DNA of 64,000 nucleotides from an uncultured delta proteobacterium (GTDB taxonomy: Bacteria; Desulfobacterota; Desulfomonilia; UBA1062), in contig CAWAUM010000007.1 of assembly GCA_963785235.1 (NCBI GenBank), positions 160,001 to 224,000 of the forward strand, in the 5' to 3' direction. The position numbers and the translations under genes are program-made. Each line of letters opens with the position of its first letter. The stretch's first letter is position 1. This document shows, in pieces, positions 31,604 through 43,507 of this stretch. The notes beneath the pieces were generated by a model. That model had not been told where the DNA came from. It saw only the letters and a list, made by a program, of their open reading frames with translations, and searched no databases.

Positions 31604-31621
31604 GTATATACCTCCTTGCAA

Positions 31622-32644
31622 TCAATAGATATGTTCCACAATGGCCTTTGTTACCTCAAGGGTGCCGATGTGGACAGGGCAGTAATCGGAACAGCGACCG
31701 CAGCCCACACATCCGCACAGTGCTTCCTGATTGTCGGTTTTGTTATAATAAAGGAGCTTATGCTCGTGTCTTCTCTTGAGCCGTAGCGCCTGGGTCGACC
31801 GGGGATTATGGCCGGATGCCTCGCGGGTGAATCCGCCATAAAGACAGGTATCCCAGGTGCGTATCCTCTCCCCAGTTTCGGTGTCGGCCGAACGGTCGGC
31901 GACATTGAAGCAGGTGCATGAGGGGCACACGTACACGCAGCCGCCGCAGGCAATGCACTTCTTTCCCAGTTCCTCCCATATACCCTCATTCGGAAGTGTA
32001 CTCTTCATGAGTTCCATTGCCTCGGGAACCTCAGGTACAAGGGGTATGGAGTTGAGTGCCATATGCTTGACCCGGTGGAGACGCTCTTCATCTTCAGGCC
32101 CTTCGAAATCCACAAAGGGTTTCGTTGAAATAAGGGCTTTACCGGTCTCGGAGCCGGCCTCCACGAGAAAGTCGTTCCCTATGTCAAAGAGCTGGATATC
32201 AAAACCCTGTTTGGCATAAGGACCGCTATGGGTTGTGGTGCAGAAGCACGTCTCGTTCTGGGGCCAGCTGCAGGCATGAACCACAATGACGGTGTTATCC
32301 GTATGTGCCTTGAAATAATCATCGTTTAAATCCCTGCTGAAAAAGCTCCTTGCCTGGAGTATGCCCGTCATATCACACGCCCTGATACCGAAAAGGAGCA
32401 CGCGATTTTTTGAGAGCACCGGGGTGAATTCCCCGCCTTCCACCTTAAAGATGGTCTCACTTTGGGGCAGGAATGAAGATTTCATGGGCATGGGGGGTTT
32501 GCGGTATTCCAGCGTGAAGGTATCCGGGTCAAAGGTGTCGAAGACACAGTCACCCTGTTCTTTGAGGGTAGGGCTCAAGATGGAATACGAGCTTGACCAC
32601 GTGCGCAGGACATGGACGACATCTTTTTTAGCGATAATCTTCAT
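31622..32644 (-). CDS. AsrA/HydB-like 4Fe-4S dicluster subunit
   Basis: FGIRACD, CFCTT, CIACGGCVYVCPSCTCF, WDTC and CVGCGRCSDYCP motifs. The ATG overlaps the fdh stop (ATGA). Confidence 0.85.
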   Translation of the reverse strand: MKIIAKKDVVHVLRTWSSSYSILSPTLKEQGDCVFDTFDPDTFTLEYRKPPMPMKSSFLPQSETIFKVEGGEFTPVLSKNRVLLFGIRACDMTGILQARSFFSRDLNDDYFKAHTDNTVIVVHACSWPQNETCFCTTTHSGPYAKQGFDIQLFDIGNDFLVEAGSETGKALISTKPFVDFEGPEDEERLHRVKHMALNSIPLVPEVPEAMELMKSTLPNEGIWEELGKKCIACGGCVYVCPSCTCFNVADRSADTETGERIRTWDTCLYGGFTREASGHNPRSTQALRLKRRHEHKLLYYNKTDNQEALCGCVGCGRCSDYCPVHIGTLEVTKAIVEHIY

Positions 32645-34680
32645 GAGCACCTCCTGATCTTGACCGAGCACCCTTTCAGCTCGGGGATCTCCGAAACAGG
32701 GTCAAAGGCGGAGTTCGTGAGCTTATTAACCGGGGCCTCCCAGAAGTGGAATGTGGTGAAGAGGACCCTCTTGGGCACTTTTGAAGTAATCTCCGCCTTG
32801 AGCTGGAGGGCACCCCTGCGGGATTCCACCTCAACCATGTCTTTGTTTCTTATACCGAGCTTCTTGGCGTCTTCGGGATTGATCTCCAGCAGGGCCTCCG
32901 GGGCCTCACGTTCCAGTATGTCGCTGCGCCTTGACATGGTGCCTGTGTGGAACTGGTAATAGACCCGGCCGGTAATGAGGGTGAAATCATACTCCTCGTC
33001 CGTCATTTCTGCTGCGGGTTTATACTCGCACGGCAGGAACGATCCCTTTCCCTTGGTGAACTGGTCTTTGTGGAGGAAGACCGTGCCCGGGTGATCTTCA
33101 TTGGGGCAAGGCCACTGAAGGCCATATCCCTTTGCCAGACGGGAATAGGTGATACCTGCATACGATGGGGTCAGCCTGTTGATCTCAGCCATGATGTCGG
33201 CAGGTGAGCTGTAATCGGATTTCAGGCCGCACCTCTTCGAGAGCTCAGAGATGATTTCCCAGTCCGCGCGTGCCTGCCCGGGAGGTGATACGGCCTTGCG
33301 GGAGAGCTGGACCCTTCTCTCCGTGTTGCTGTAGGTGCCTTCCTTTTCTGCAAAGGCTGCGGCCGGCAGCACTACGTCGGCAAGGGCTGCTGTTTCCGTG
33401 AGGAAGATATCCTGTACGACCAGGAAATCCAGGTTGGAGAGTGAATGCTCGATATGGGTTGTATCCGGGTCGGAGAGCAGCGGGTTTTCCCCCATGACGT
33501 ACAGCGCCTTCAGGCCGCCTTTGTGGGCGGCTTCCATCATGCCGGTGATGGTAAGGCCGGGTTTTGTGTCAAGACCTTGCACACCCCAGGCATCCTCAAA
33601 CTTTTTTACCGTGGCCGGATCATTCACCCGCTGATACCCTGAAAATACCCCGGGGAGGCCGCCCATGTCGCAGGCCCCCTGCACGTTGTTCTGGCCCCTG
33701 AGAGGATTTACCCCGTTGGCATGCCTGCCCACGTGTCCGGTGAGCATGGAGAGGTTGGCCAGGGTCTTCACATTGTCGGTTCCGGTGATGTGCTGGGTTA
33801 TACCCATGGCATAGACGATCATGGCCTTGTCCGCCTGGGCGTACATGACTGCTGCGCGATAGAGATCTGCCGAGCGTATGCCGGTGATCTGCTCCACCAC
33901 CTTCGGGGTATACCTGCTCACCAGGGACTTCAATGCATCGAAGCCCTCGGTCCTTGTCTCGACGAACTGCTTGTCATGGAGGTCTTCTGAGATGATGATG
34001 TTCATAAGACCATTGTATAGCGCTACATCGGTACCGAAGTTCTGCTTCAGATGGAGCTTGGCATAGAAAGACAGCGGTATCTCCCTCGGGTCTATGAGGA
34101 GGATCTTGGCGCCTTTTTCCACCACTGCGTTTATTATCCGGATTCCGATGAGCGGATGCTGTTCCGTGGTATTTGATCCGGTTACCAAGAAGAGGTCGGC
34201 ATCTTCGAACTCGGCTATGGAGTTCGTCATGGCGCCTGATCCGAATGTTGCGGCCAGACCGGCCACAGTGGCGCTGTGTCAAAGCCGGGCACAGTGGTCG
34301 ACATTGTTCGTCTTGAATCCTGCGCGGACCATCTTCATGAAGAGGTAGTTCTCTTCATTGGTCACCTTGGCAGAGGAGAGGAAGCCCAACGAGTTCGGGC
34401 CGGACTTGTCACTGATATCGGTAAGTCTTGAATACACAAGATCAAGGGCCTCTTTCCAGGTGCTTTCAACAAGTTCGCCGTCCTTCCTGACCAGAGGCGT
34501 TTTCAACCTCGCAGGAGAGCCGATGAACTCGAAGGAGTTCCATCCCTTGGCGCAGAGCATTCCTTTATTCACCGGATTACCCGGATTGGGCTCTACGCCG
34601 ACAACCTTAACTCCATCCGTTACGAGATAGAAATTGCATCCGCACCCGCAGAACGGGCATATGGTAGGGATTTTTGCCAT
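32641..34680 (-). CDS. fdhF: Formate dehydrogenase alpha subunit, selenocysteine-containing (UGA at 34281-34279)
   Basis: CPFCGCGC...LCAKG. VDHCARL-TGA-HSATVAGL is in frame, joining ORFs 34279-34776 and 32641-34266. LRGQNNVQGACDMG and FHTGTMSRR are present. Confidence 0.93.
34249..34267 (-). promoter_or_regulatory. Bacterial SECIS element
   Basis: Hairpin TGTGGCC-GGTCT-GGCCGCA starts 11 nt after the UGA, the same geometry and apical GGUCU as the E. coli fdhF SECIS. Confidence 0.85.
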
Positions 34681-34682
34681 GG

Positions 34683-35525
34683 CTATATGGCCTCCTTTAT
34701 GTGCTCGACCTCGGTAAGGTTGAAGACCGGGCCATCGGTGCAGCAGTACATGTTTCCAATGGCGCAGTGCCCGCATTTACCGACACCGCATTTCATCATG
34801 CGCTCCAGCGACATGTAGATATGTTCTTTGGAAAAACCGAGCCTTATGAGTTTTTCCACCACGAAGCGGTACATGACCGGAGGGCCGCACAAGACGGCAT
34901 AGGTATCTTCAGGAGACAGCGCCGTGCGGTCAAACAGCCCCGTCACCACACCCACATACTGTTTCCAGATGCCCTCTTCGTCGCGGTCCACGCTGTAGAG
35001 GTACTTGATGTCTTCCCTGTCGAAAAAGCTCAAGAGCTCATACTTGAAGAGCACATTTTCCGGGCTGTTGGTCCCGTACATGAGGATGAGATCGCCGAAC
35101 TCGCTCCGTCTGTCCAGGACATACAGCAGCAGGGAACGCAAAGGGGCAAGCCCCAGGCCACCGGCAACGAGGAGAAGATTGTGCCCTTTTAACGTTTCTA
35201 CCGGAAAGCCTCTGCCATAGGGACCACGTATGTGCAGCTTTGATCCCTTGCCCATCTCAAACAGGGCATCTGTCAGCTTTCCTGAGCGCCGCACACAGAT
35301 CTCCAGCGTGTCACACCGGGTGGGGGGGGACGATATGCTGATGGGTGCCTCTCCCTTGCCGAAGATGGAGACTTCAATGAACTGGCCCGGTTGATGACCG
35401 AACTCATCCCAGGTGCAGCCGTTGTCCAGCTTGAGCTGAAAAAGCCGGTGATCGGTTATCTGTGGCAATGTCCTTGCAATGGTCACGGGTCGCAGTTCAT
35501 ACATGTTCTGCGAGTGATCGCCCAT
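34683..35525 (-). CDS. AsrB/HydG-like FAD/NAD(P)-binding [2Fe-2S] subunit
   Basis: PGQF, GEAPISISS, RGPYGRGF, AGGLGLAP, CGPPVM and SLERMMKCGVGKCGHC...CTDGPVF; RBS GAGGAGG before the ATG at 35525. Confidence 0.9.
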   Translation of the reverse strand: MGDHSQNMYELRPVTIARTLPQITDHRLFQLKLDNGCTWDEFGHQPGQFIEVSIFGKGEAPISISSPPTRCDTLEICVRRSGKLTDALFEMGKGSKLHIRGPYGRGFPVETLKGHNLLLVAGGLGLAPLRSLLLYVLDRRSEFGDLILMYGTNSPENVLFKYELLSFFDREDIKYLYSVDRDEEGIWKQYVGVVTGLFDRTALSPEDTYAVLCGPPVMYRFVVEKLIRLGFSKEHIYMSLERMMKCGVGKCGHCAIGNMYCCTDGPVFNLTEVEHIKEAI

Positions 35526-35576
35526 ATGGACCTCCTCAAGTCTAGGGTGGGCTGAAAAATCAGCTGGCATTCTTAA

Positions 35577-35592
35577 GGCAATTTCAATACCA
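35577..35592 (-). promoter_or_regulatory. Sigma54 promoter of the fdh operon
   Basis: Minus strand TGGTAT-TGAAA-TTGCC (GG-N10-GC). Confidence 0.7.
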
Positions 35593-35655
35593 TCTGTTTA
35601 ACTATTTGTAATTGTGGATAAAATGGTGTTGACCAATGAGATAATCACGAAGAGG

Positions 35656-35693
35656 TGGGGTATCTTTCCCCAGGGGTGGGGAGGAATTACCCT
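35656..35693. promoter_or_regulatory. Tandem 17-bp enhancer sites TGGGG-N7-CCCCA
   Basis: TGGGGTATCTTTCCCCA (35656) and TGGGGAGGAATTACCCT (35677), 21 bp apart. Confidence 0.72.
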
Positions 35694-35815
35694 GATTGGC
35701 AGGGGTATTGATGAAGGGGGGGATTGTAAAAGACCGAGATTGTAATTTTTGTGAGATTCAGATGGCCTTAAGCATGAAAATCATAATGGCCATGAAATTA
35801 TTTTTTAAAACCAGG

Positions 35816-35901
35816 TCCGTTCAAATCAGTCATCTTGCAGCCTTAGGAGAATGCTAATTTTCCCGATCCTTAAAGGCTGCAAGATGACTGATTTGAACGG
35901 A
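35816..35901. repeat. 86-bp hairpin with 29-bp perfect inverted repeats
   Basis: TCCGTTCAAATCAGTCATCTTGCAGCCTT (35816-44) and its exact reverse complement (35873-901), with a 28-bp spacer. Confidence 0.9.
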
Positions 35902-35945
35902 TCAATTTTTATATATCTAAATACAATATCCGGGATAAGGTCTCT

Positions 35946-38597
35946 TCATTCTACCCACTCGCCCAACCCGTCATCTTCTTTTTTGGGCGCTCCGGTCTTC
36001 ACCGGGATGATCTTTCTGTATACTTCTTTCGGGGATCTTTTTTTGTCCGCAACCGTTAAAAGCCGATCGATGGTAATACCGAAAAGTTTTTCATTTTCTT
36101 CAAGATACGGCTCGATCAGATTCCAGTCCGCCTCGGTAATTTCTACAAACTCTCCGCCGTTGAGCTGCTCGTCCACGAGTTTTTTGTTGCGGATCCCGCA
36201 CATAAATCGCGCCGCCGGAGGCAAGGGAAAATATATTGGATACCGGGATAGGGCGAGTCATATTCCCGGATCGAACCGTCATTATCATCGAAACCGATGC
36301 CGTTGAGGACAACAAAGCCGCCGCCTTTGAGCGGATCACCGGCCATGAACGATTCGGCAAGATAGTCCAGAGCGGTGCCATTGATGACGACCCGCGGCTT
36401 GCCCACGGCATTGATCAAAGGCCGTCCCGCCGCGTTTCCCATGATATAGGCCGTGCCGCCTTTGGCGCCGTACATGAATGTCTGGCCGACATCGCCATAA
36501 CACCACGAGTTTGCCTTCTTTCATAATCTGGCAAAGCTGATCCTGGGCATTGCCGTGAACATAAATCTCCATGCCGTCAATGCCCGAGGCGAGATAATCG
36601 CCTGAGGCGCCGTAGACATCAATCCGTACATCCTTTGTTGCCGGACCGAATCCGCAGCCGGTAAACCGCTGGCCGCGGTATTTGTAGACAATGAACCGTT
36701 TCCAGCCAAGCTTGAAGGCGGCTTACGATCATCACCGCATCGCAATTATCGCCTTCCGGCTCAAAATGTTCGGCATCAATGATCAGGGTTTTTTCATTCT
36801 TCTTCGGTGCGCGCAGTTGATCGCGGCGTAGCAAAATCAATCCGGCAGAACCGGGAATTTGATCATTTCCGATAATCAGTGGTGTGTGTCGCAAAAATTT
36901 CATCCAGGTTGATTTTCAGAACATGCTGCACGGAACTTCTTTTTATCGTGCCGGTATTGAATCTCCGGTCATTTAAAAGAGTCAGGGCATCGATGGCCGT
37001 ATGCTTGAAGTCATCATTTTTCAGGGCATAATCTTTGATGGTTTCAATGCAAACCTGAGACTGTTCGGCATTAAATCCGCACGATGTTGTCCTTGACATA
37101 GGTAAATAATTTATCGGCCGCGGCTGCAGTATCATTTTCGGCAAACAAAGCGTCAAGCTTTTCTTCTATCGGTTTGCATTCATCCGTAACCGTTATCTTT
37201 TTCGAGACATCACAGGTTACCTTGTCTTTGGGGGTTTCAATCACCTTGCCGAATTTGTCGGTACAAATAAGTTTCATGTTTCCCAACCGTCTGCGGTATC
37301 TTTCAGGCTGAAAATAAAGGAGCCGCCATCGGTATAGCTGCCGCCGCGGGCATTCCAGTATTTATCGGCAATGGGCCCGAAACGCGGATCTTCCCTTTCC
37401 AGAGAAATCAGCGTCGCATCAATGGCCTGCTTTTCCGAACAGATCAGACCGATCTGGACTTCGCCTTCCTGCAGGGCAAAAACCTGGGGGCGCAGCATGG
37501 CGGTATCGGTAATGCCGATCAGCTGGAATTGATCATTTTTAACGTCATTTCTCGCAATGATAAAGAACCACGGTCCATCGGGTGATGCATTGACATGATG
37601 GGTCTGAATGGCTTTATACAGCTCCTGCTTATCGGCAGGCAGCATATCAAAGTCCATTTCCGAAGTCGGCGCCATGGCCTCAATCAGGTATTCCAGCGGA
37701 TATTTATAGACCCTGCTCCACAAATCCAGCAGCAGCGCCGCTTCTTCCGTATCGGTCAGAAACAGGGGGTAATAGTTGCGCTGTTTGAGATATTCATTGA
37801 CCGACTGATAATTGGCAAAGTCACCGTTATGCACCAGCGCTTCATTGAGCGCGCTAAACGGATGGCAGCCGCCCGGATGCCAGACACGGCCGCGGGTCGG
37901 ATAGCGCTGGTGGGCCAGCCAGGCATGCGCCTTGAAGTCATCCAGTTTATAGTATCTGACGACATTTTCCGCATATCCCACGATTTTCAGGATCATCATG
38001 TTCCTGCCGTGCGACATGACAAAAGCCTTTTTCTCGCCAAGAGACGCGTAATATTGCGTGTTGATCTTAAAGCTGTTCTGATAGACAAACTCATCCTCGG
38101 CATCGCGCCTGTCCATGGATGAAAATTTGTTATCCGCAATGAATTTATCCAGGACATCATCCTTGACGCGCACAAAATAACGCATGATATCCGGAGGCCG
38201 GACATCCAGACCGATACTGCGATGATCATCAATGGTGGCGCAGCTTTTCCGATTTATCGATTTTAAAATAAGGTTTGATGAATGTGTTCTTCGATTTCAG
38301 TACGAAACGCTGCCATCCAGAAGAGCAATGTGCAGCATATAATCATCATCGAAGAACCTGTCTGGATACACCCATCGCTTCGGGAATAAAACCGACAGCG
38401 CCGATGCCGCCGCCTTTTCCATTGCCTCTGTTGTGCATCTGCGCGGATGGTTCGAAGATATTTTTTCCCGTCACAGGAATGGAACTGATAAATCCGGTGA
38501 CACCGCAGCCGCCTTCTTCTTCGGTGTTCAGGGCCAAGGGCGGCACCTGGCTGCAAATTTCAGCGCGTGATAGTAATATTTTTTCAACATTATCCAT
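35946..38597 (-). CDS. Glutamate synthase amidotransferase (GltB1) + GXGXG (GltB3) fusion, multiply frameshifted
   Basis: Fragments include EEEGGCGVTG, MHNRGNGKGGG, AHQRYPT, LVHNGD, TDTE, DGPW, LRP, HGNAQDQ and YGAKGG..GNAAGRP..DYLAESFMAG. Confidence 0.8.
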
Positions 38598-38614
38598 TAT
38601 TAGCAAACTCCGCT

Positions 38615-40098
38615 TTATTTACTGTAATCTATATGCTCCAGCAAATCCGTCCGGCCGACAAGCTCTCTGACGCTCCTCATGCCGAACTTCTGCAGTATTT
38701 CCACAAGCTGGACATTCCAGGCATGGTACATGTTTGTCAGGCGCTGCGTCGCCCATTCCTCGTTAAACAGATCGGCCAGTTCCGAATCGGTGGAGGCAAT
38801 GCCCCGGGCACAGCCGCGTCCTGATTCACAGTTTCCGCAGCGGACACATTCCAGAGAAACCATTTCCGCCGTGCCGATAACCGCGCCGTCCGCGCCCAGG
38901 CAAATGGCTTTGGCCAGATCATGGGCGGTCCTGATGCCGCCGGAGGCAATGAGCGTCATCGCATCCCGGGCGCCCTCGTCCTTCAAGAAATTATGAACTT
39001 TGGTTATGGCATATTCTATGGGCATGGCGATGTTCTTTTTGGCAATGTCCGGCGCTGCGCCGGTGCCGCCGTATCCGCCGTCGATATGAATGATATGAGC
39101 GCCGGCATAGTATGAACCGACGGCAACCATATCCACATCGTTGGGTGTCGAAACCTTAACGGAAACCAGGGCATTGGGATTCATTTCTTTGATCCAGTCA
39201 ATATGCTTCTTGTGATCTTCGATGGAATACACCGAATGAAACGGAAAAGGTGAAAACAGAGAGGTGCCTTTGACCGCTTCCCGCATCCGGGCAACGCTCT
39301 CTGTATTTTTTTCACCCAGAAGATGTCCGCCGAGGCCGGGTTTTGCGCCCTGGGCGTATTTGAATTCCACTATTTTTACCCGCTGGATGGTTTCTTCGCG
39401 CACGCCGAACAGACCGGTGGCCACCTGAGTGATCACGTGGTCGTTATAAGGTTGAAGCATTTCCGGGTATCCGCCCTCACCGGTGCAGGTAAAGGTATTC
39501 CAGATAGTGGCGTTGTCGCGCCTTGGAAACCATGGTCGGCAGGCTGACCGATCCGAAGGACATGCCGCCGCCATAGACAGGGGTGGAAATGACAACATTG
39601 GCGCGGCCGTCATTTCTCCGGTTTAGGGGAATTTCCGTTGATATTTCAAACTTGTCAATTTTGGGCGGATCGGCGGGAAACTTGAACCGCAGCTTGTCAA
39701 AGCCGCCGCCGGAATTGCCCGATATTATATTCCAGATCCTTGCGTTCGGGCGGATATCCCGTTTCCGCCATGATCCAGGTTCCGGTAATCATGTCCGCCG
39801 TCCAGCGATAATCGCCGAGCGTTTCATACATGGGATTGAGCGAGAGGCTCAAAGCCTTGCGCGGGCATTTGGCCACGCAATAGAAATCGTTGTTCTTGCA
39901 TTCAAACCCGATGCATTTATAGTCGATCGGCGGGCTCATCTTGTTGTGCCCTTCCAGTCTTTCATGAACTCCGTAGGGGCATGACTTGGCGCAAGTACCG
40001 CAGTTGATGCAGGCGTCGGACCGGGTGACTTTATATTTCGGCACCTGATGCTTGAACCGCGAAGGCATTTTTTTAATTTTTACAGTTGATGGTTTCAT
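38615..40098 (-). CDS. Glutamate synthase FMN subunit (GltB2-like) with N-terminal 4Fe-4S domain, frameshifted
   Basis: CINCGTCAKSCP, TGEGG, EFKYAQGAKPGLGGHL, DGGYGGTGAAP, ASGGIR and C..CG.CE.GRGC.RGI motifs. Confidence 0.85.
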
Positions 40099-41515
40099 AT
40101 GTTTGCTGCTTCTCTTTTTTTAAATAGTTTTCCAAAAGTGTCATTATCGATTTCTTCAAAGAAGATCGCTCTGCCGGTTTCACCGCGCAGACGGCGTGCT
40201 TCACGGATACCCATGGCGCCCATGACCTCCAGAAGCTGCGAATGCCAGGCGCCCATGAGGTTAACGATTCTCTGCATTACGGTGCGCACCGGCAATTTTT
40301 TCCAGTCCTTCGGGGAAAACCAGTAATTTTTCCGGCTCTTCATACAATCTGGCGCCCAGCGCGATGAGCAGCGGCAAATCAATTGCCGTCAAATCCGCGC
40401 CGCAGAGCATGGCCTTGGGCACATGTTCGGCCATGGCGATTCCGCCGGAGAACAATAATGGTGACTTCATCGCGGATTCTGTCTTCCACCAGCTTCAGAT
40501 GCACGGCCCGGATAATATCCTTGACCAGACGGCGGTTTGTCGATGTCTCGCTGCATCATTCTCCATGCCGCGATAATCGGCCACGACATGGATGATCTCC
40601 GCGCCGCTTTGTGCCAGCTTGGAAACAATGGTTTCCACAGTCTTGCGTTGCCGGAACGCGAATGATGGTCAGGGCATTGTTTACTTTTTTTAATTTTATC
40701 CTGAAGTGCAGGTAAAGTCATTTAACATTTCATCGTTATAATCAAGCGCTACAATTCTTGCATTTTTGATCAATGCCTGATGTTTATCAATTTCTTTATG
40801 AGAAATTAAGGGGATGATGTTTTTCATGATATTTTTCAAGCATCCGAGGTAATACTGATCCGCCGGCAAGACGATAAAGGTGTTGAGTTCCGCGGCCGCT
40901 CTGACAAGAGCTGTCTTAACATTCGGGCTCAAATCTGCCTTAGGAAAATCAAAGATGATGGGAATCGGAATATCAATGGTATCATGAATTTTTGACAGTA
41001 ATTTGCCGTTTTCATCAAATGCCAGATGATTGAGTTTTCTGCCCAGTTCAACGGAGGTGCTGATATATTCCCGTCCATGAATTCCGTCGCGTGTCGGGCG
41101 GACGATTTCCGACATGTCGGTCCACATGCTGTCAAAACCCGGTCCGGTAAACGGCCCGCGGTAACCGGCGCCGGTAACCGGAACCTTGCCATCCTCCGCC
41201 TGCTTCCATAAAGTAATAAACATATCGGACTTCCAGTAGGATCCGCCGATATTTAGAAAGTCCTTATCCAGGGATTTTTCCAGAGCTCCCCGCGGGACAT
41301 TCCTGAATGCACCGGAAGCAGTTTCTGCAGACCACCGTGTTCGGGTCAGCCATTTTCCGCGGATCGTCTTTCTCCCGTTTATGCGCTTCATAAATGCACA
41401 CTTTGGTGCACTTGCCGCAGTTAATGCAGTTTTCTCCCCGCTCAATCTTGAATTTGTACACATAATCCAGATCAAGCGGCGTTACTTTTGTGTGAATGTG
41501 ATATTTCTTTGGCAT
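40095..41515 (-). CDS. Divergent second glutamate-synthase FMN-barrel-like subunit with N-terminal 2x4Fe-4S, frameshifted
   Basis: CINCGKCTKVC..CRNCFRCIQECP, TDMSEIVRPTRDG, FSGGIAMAEHVPKAMLCGAD and EVMGAMGIREARRLRGE. Confidence 0.75.
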
Positions 41516-41559
41516 AGTCTTTATTCATCTTTTTTTAATGTAGTTTATTTATAGGGGTT

Positions 41560-43409
41560 TCAGTTATTCCGTTCCACCATGTCCCAGTATTCCTTGCTGT
41601 CGTCAACTTTTTTCAGAAATTCATTAATCTTATCTTCCGGCCGGCCGAATTTGCCTTCCATCCTTTTTTCCAGCGCATCCCAGAGCATCATCAGTTCGAG
41701 ATTGGTCTGGCATATTTCCTCGCAGGCCTTTGCAATGCATGCACATAAATACATTTTCGCTTCTTCTGCGTCACTGTCTTTGCCTTCAATGAGCTTTTTG
41801 GCCAGAGCAATTTTTCCTTTCGCGGTTACTTCTTCATTCTTCGTGACAAGATATGCCGGGCATACCGCAATGCAGTTTCCGCATTTGGCGCAGGCATGGG
41901 TGGTCAGCTCGAAATCGAGGCTGTCGATCTTTCTCATCCTTTCCCAGAAGCAACGTCGCCAATTTTACCGATGACCGGTGACAGCAGAATCAGCAGATTC
42001 ATGGAAAAGCTGAAAACTGCCGGATGGAAAATAAGTGCGGAGATCCCATTTGAATTGATGCCGAAGAATTTGCCCGGATTCATGATATTATTCGGATCAA
42101 CCTTTGCTTTGTATGCCTTCAGGTCTCTTGTTTTTCTCTGCTGTACAGATAATTGATAAAGGCCGCATTCCAGATGCCCAAGCCCATAGGGTTCGGCTCC
42201 CAATGAAACAGCCGTCTTGGTAAGCATGGAAACCAGGGGCAAATTAATATAATATTTCTTGTTCCTGGAGTCGCAAAGGAAATTGGTCATGATGAGCGCC
42301 ATGTTTATCATCAATGATATAAGAATCGATGAATATTTCCACGCCAAAACGGCTGCCCAGTTTCTTTGCCTTTTCAATAAAGGCCGCGGCTGCATTGGCA
42401 ATGGGGATAATGATTTCACTTGCCAGAATGGTCGGTCCCAGGCGTTTTGTTTTCATGCCGAACAGACGCTCATTCCACAAATAACTGGCAACATAGCGGG
42501 GCGCTTCTTCAATGCCTGGATTCTGTGCCATGTATTTCACAAATTGTTCTTCATCCAGGGCTGCCGAATTCCATCAGAACGCCGGCGCTCTTCTTGAATA
42601 TGCCGGCATGCATGATTTCGTTGATGTCGTTCAGATGATTTTCATCCAGAAAACGGATGACGTTTGGGTTCAGGCTTTTCTGTGGACTGTTTTTAAGAAA
42701 TTTTCGATGAACGCGAAGGCCTCTTTGTCGCCAGGGAAATAAAGAAGATGTGATATGACGCCTGGGGAACATCCCGCAGTTTCAGCGTTGACCTCAACCA
42801 TGATGCCGAACTCGCCTTCTGTAGATACGAAGTAGCTGAAATCCTTGTCACAAGGGGATAATTTCCTTGAGTTCGCCCGCGCCGTGATAACCTTCATGGA
42901 CACAATCTGTTTGGTAAGTGGCCGTACTGGAAGCTGTTGATGCCGTAACCGCCGGTGGAAATCCAGCCGGCGACCGTGGAAAACTTGCTTGAAGGATAGG
43001 TCATCAGACACAAGCCCTCTTTTTTTGCCAGAATATCAATATCGCTCCACCTTGCCCCCGCTTCCACGGTCATGGTCTTTTGCTGCTGTGTTGAGTTCCA
43101 GAATTTTTCTGAAAGGAGACAAATCAATGACGATCCCGGCATTTGTCGGGAATGACCCCGCCGAATCCCCACGATGCCGCGCCTCTTGGTATAACGGGAA
43201 TTTTCTTCTCATTGGCAAACGCCAGGACTTTTTTTATCTCGTCGATAGTTTTTAGGCTGGACGACAAAATCAGGTTGCGTTTTAAAAAAGGTCTTGGTCA
43301 TGATCGGAGGGACATCGCCGATGTCATGGCTGTACATTTCTTTTTCTTCCGCTTTGTCGATAATTTTGATATCGCCCGCAATTTTTTTGAATTCTTCTAC
43401 AAGTTTCAT
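41560..43409 (-). CDS. FAD-binding oxidoreductase (GlcD/VAO-like) with C-terminal 4Fe-4S domain, multiply frameshifted
   Basis: Fragments include PDFVVQP, TVEAGARW, PSS..STVAGWISTGG, STEGEFG, KAKVDPNNIMNPGK and CAKCGNCIAVCP. Confidence 0.75.
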
Positions 43410-43507
43410 AGTTTATCTGTCTCTTCCGTTGCTATATTTTAAGTGTTAAGTCAGATCCCTCATCTCTAACTGCACACACAAACACAACGGTGTGTTGCAT
43501 CTATCAA

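Noticed and set aside
31622-35525. Anaerobic sulfite reductase or NiFe hydrogenase operon
   Set aside because: There is no AsrC siroheme subunit or hydrogenase subunit; the catalytic partner is FdhF.
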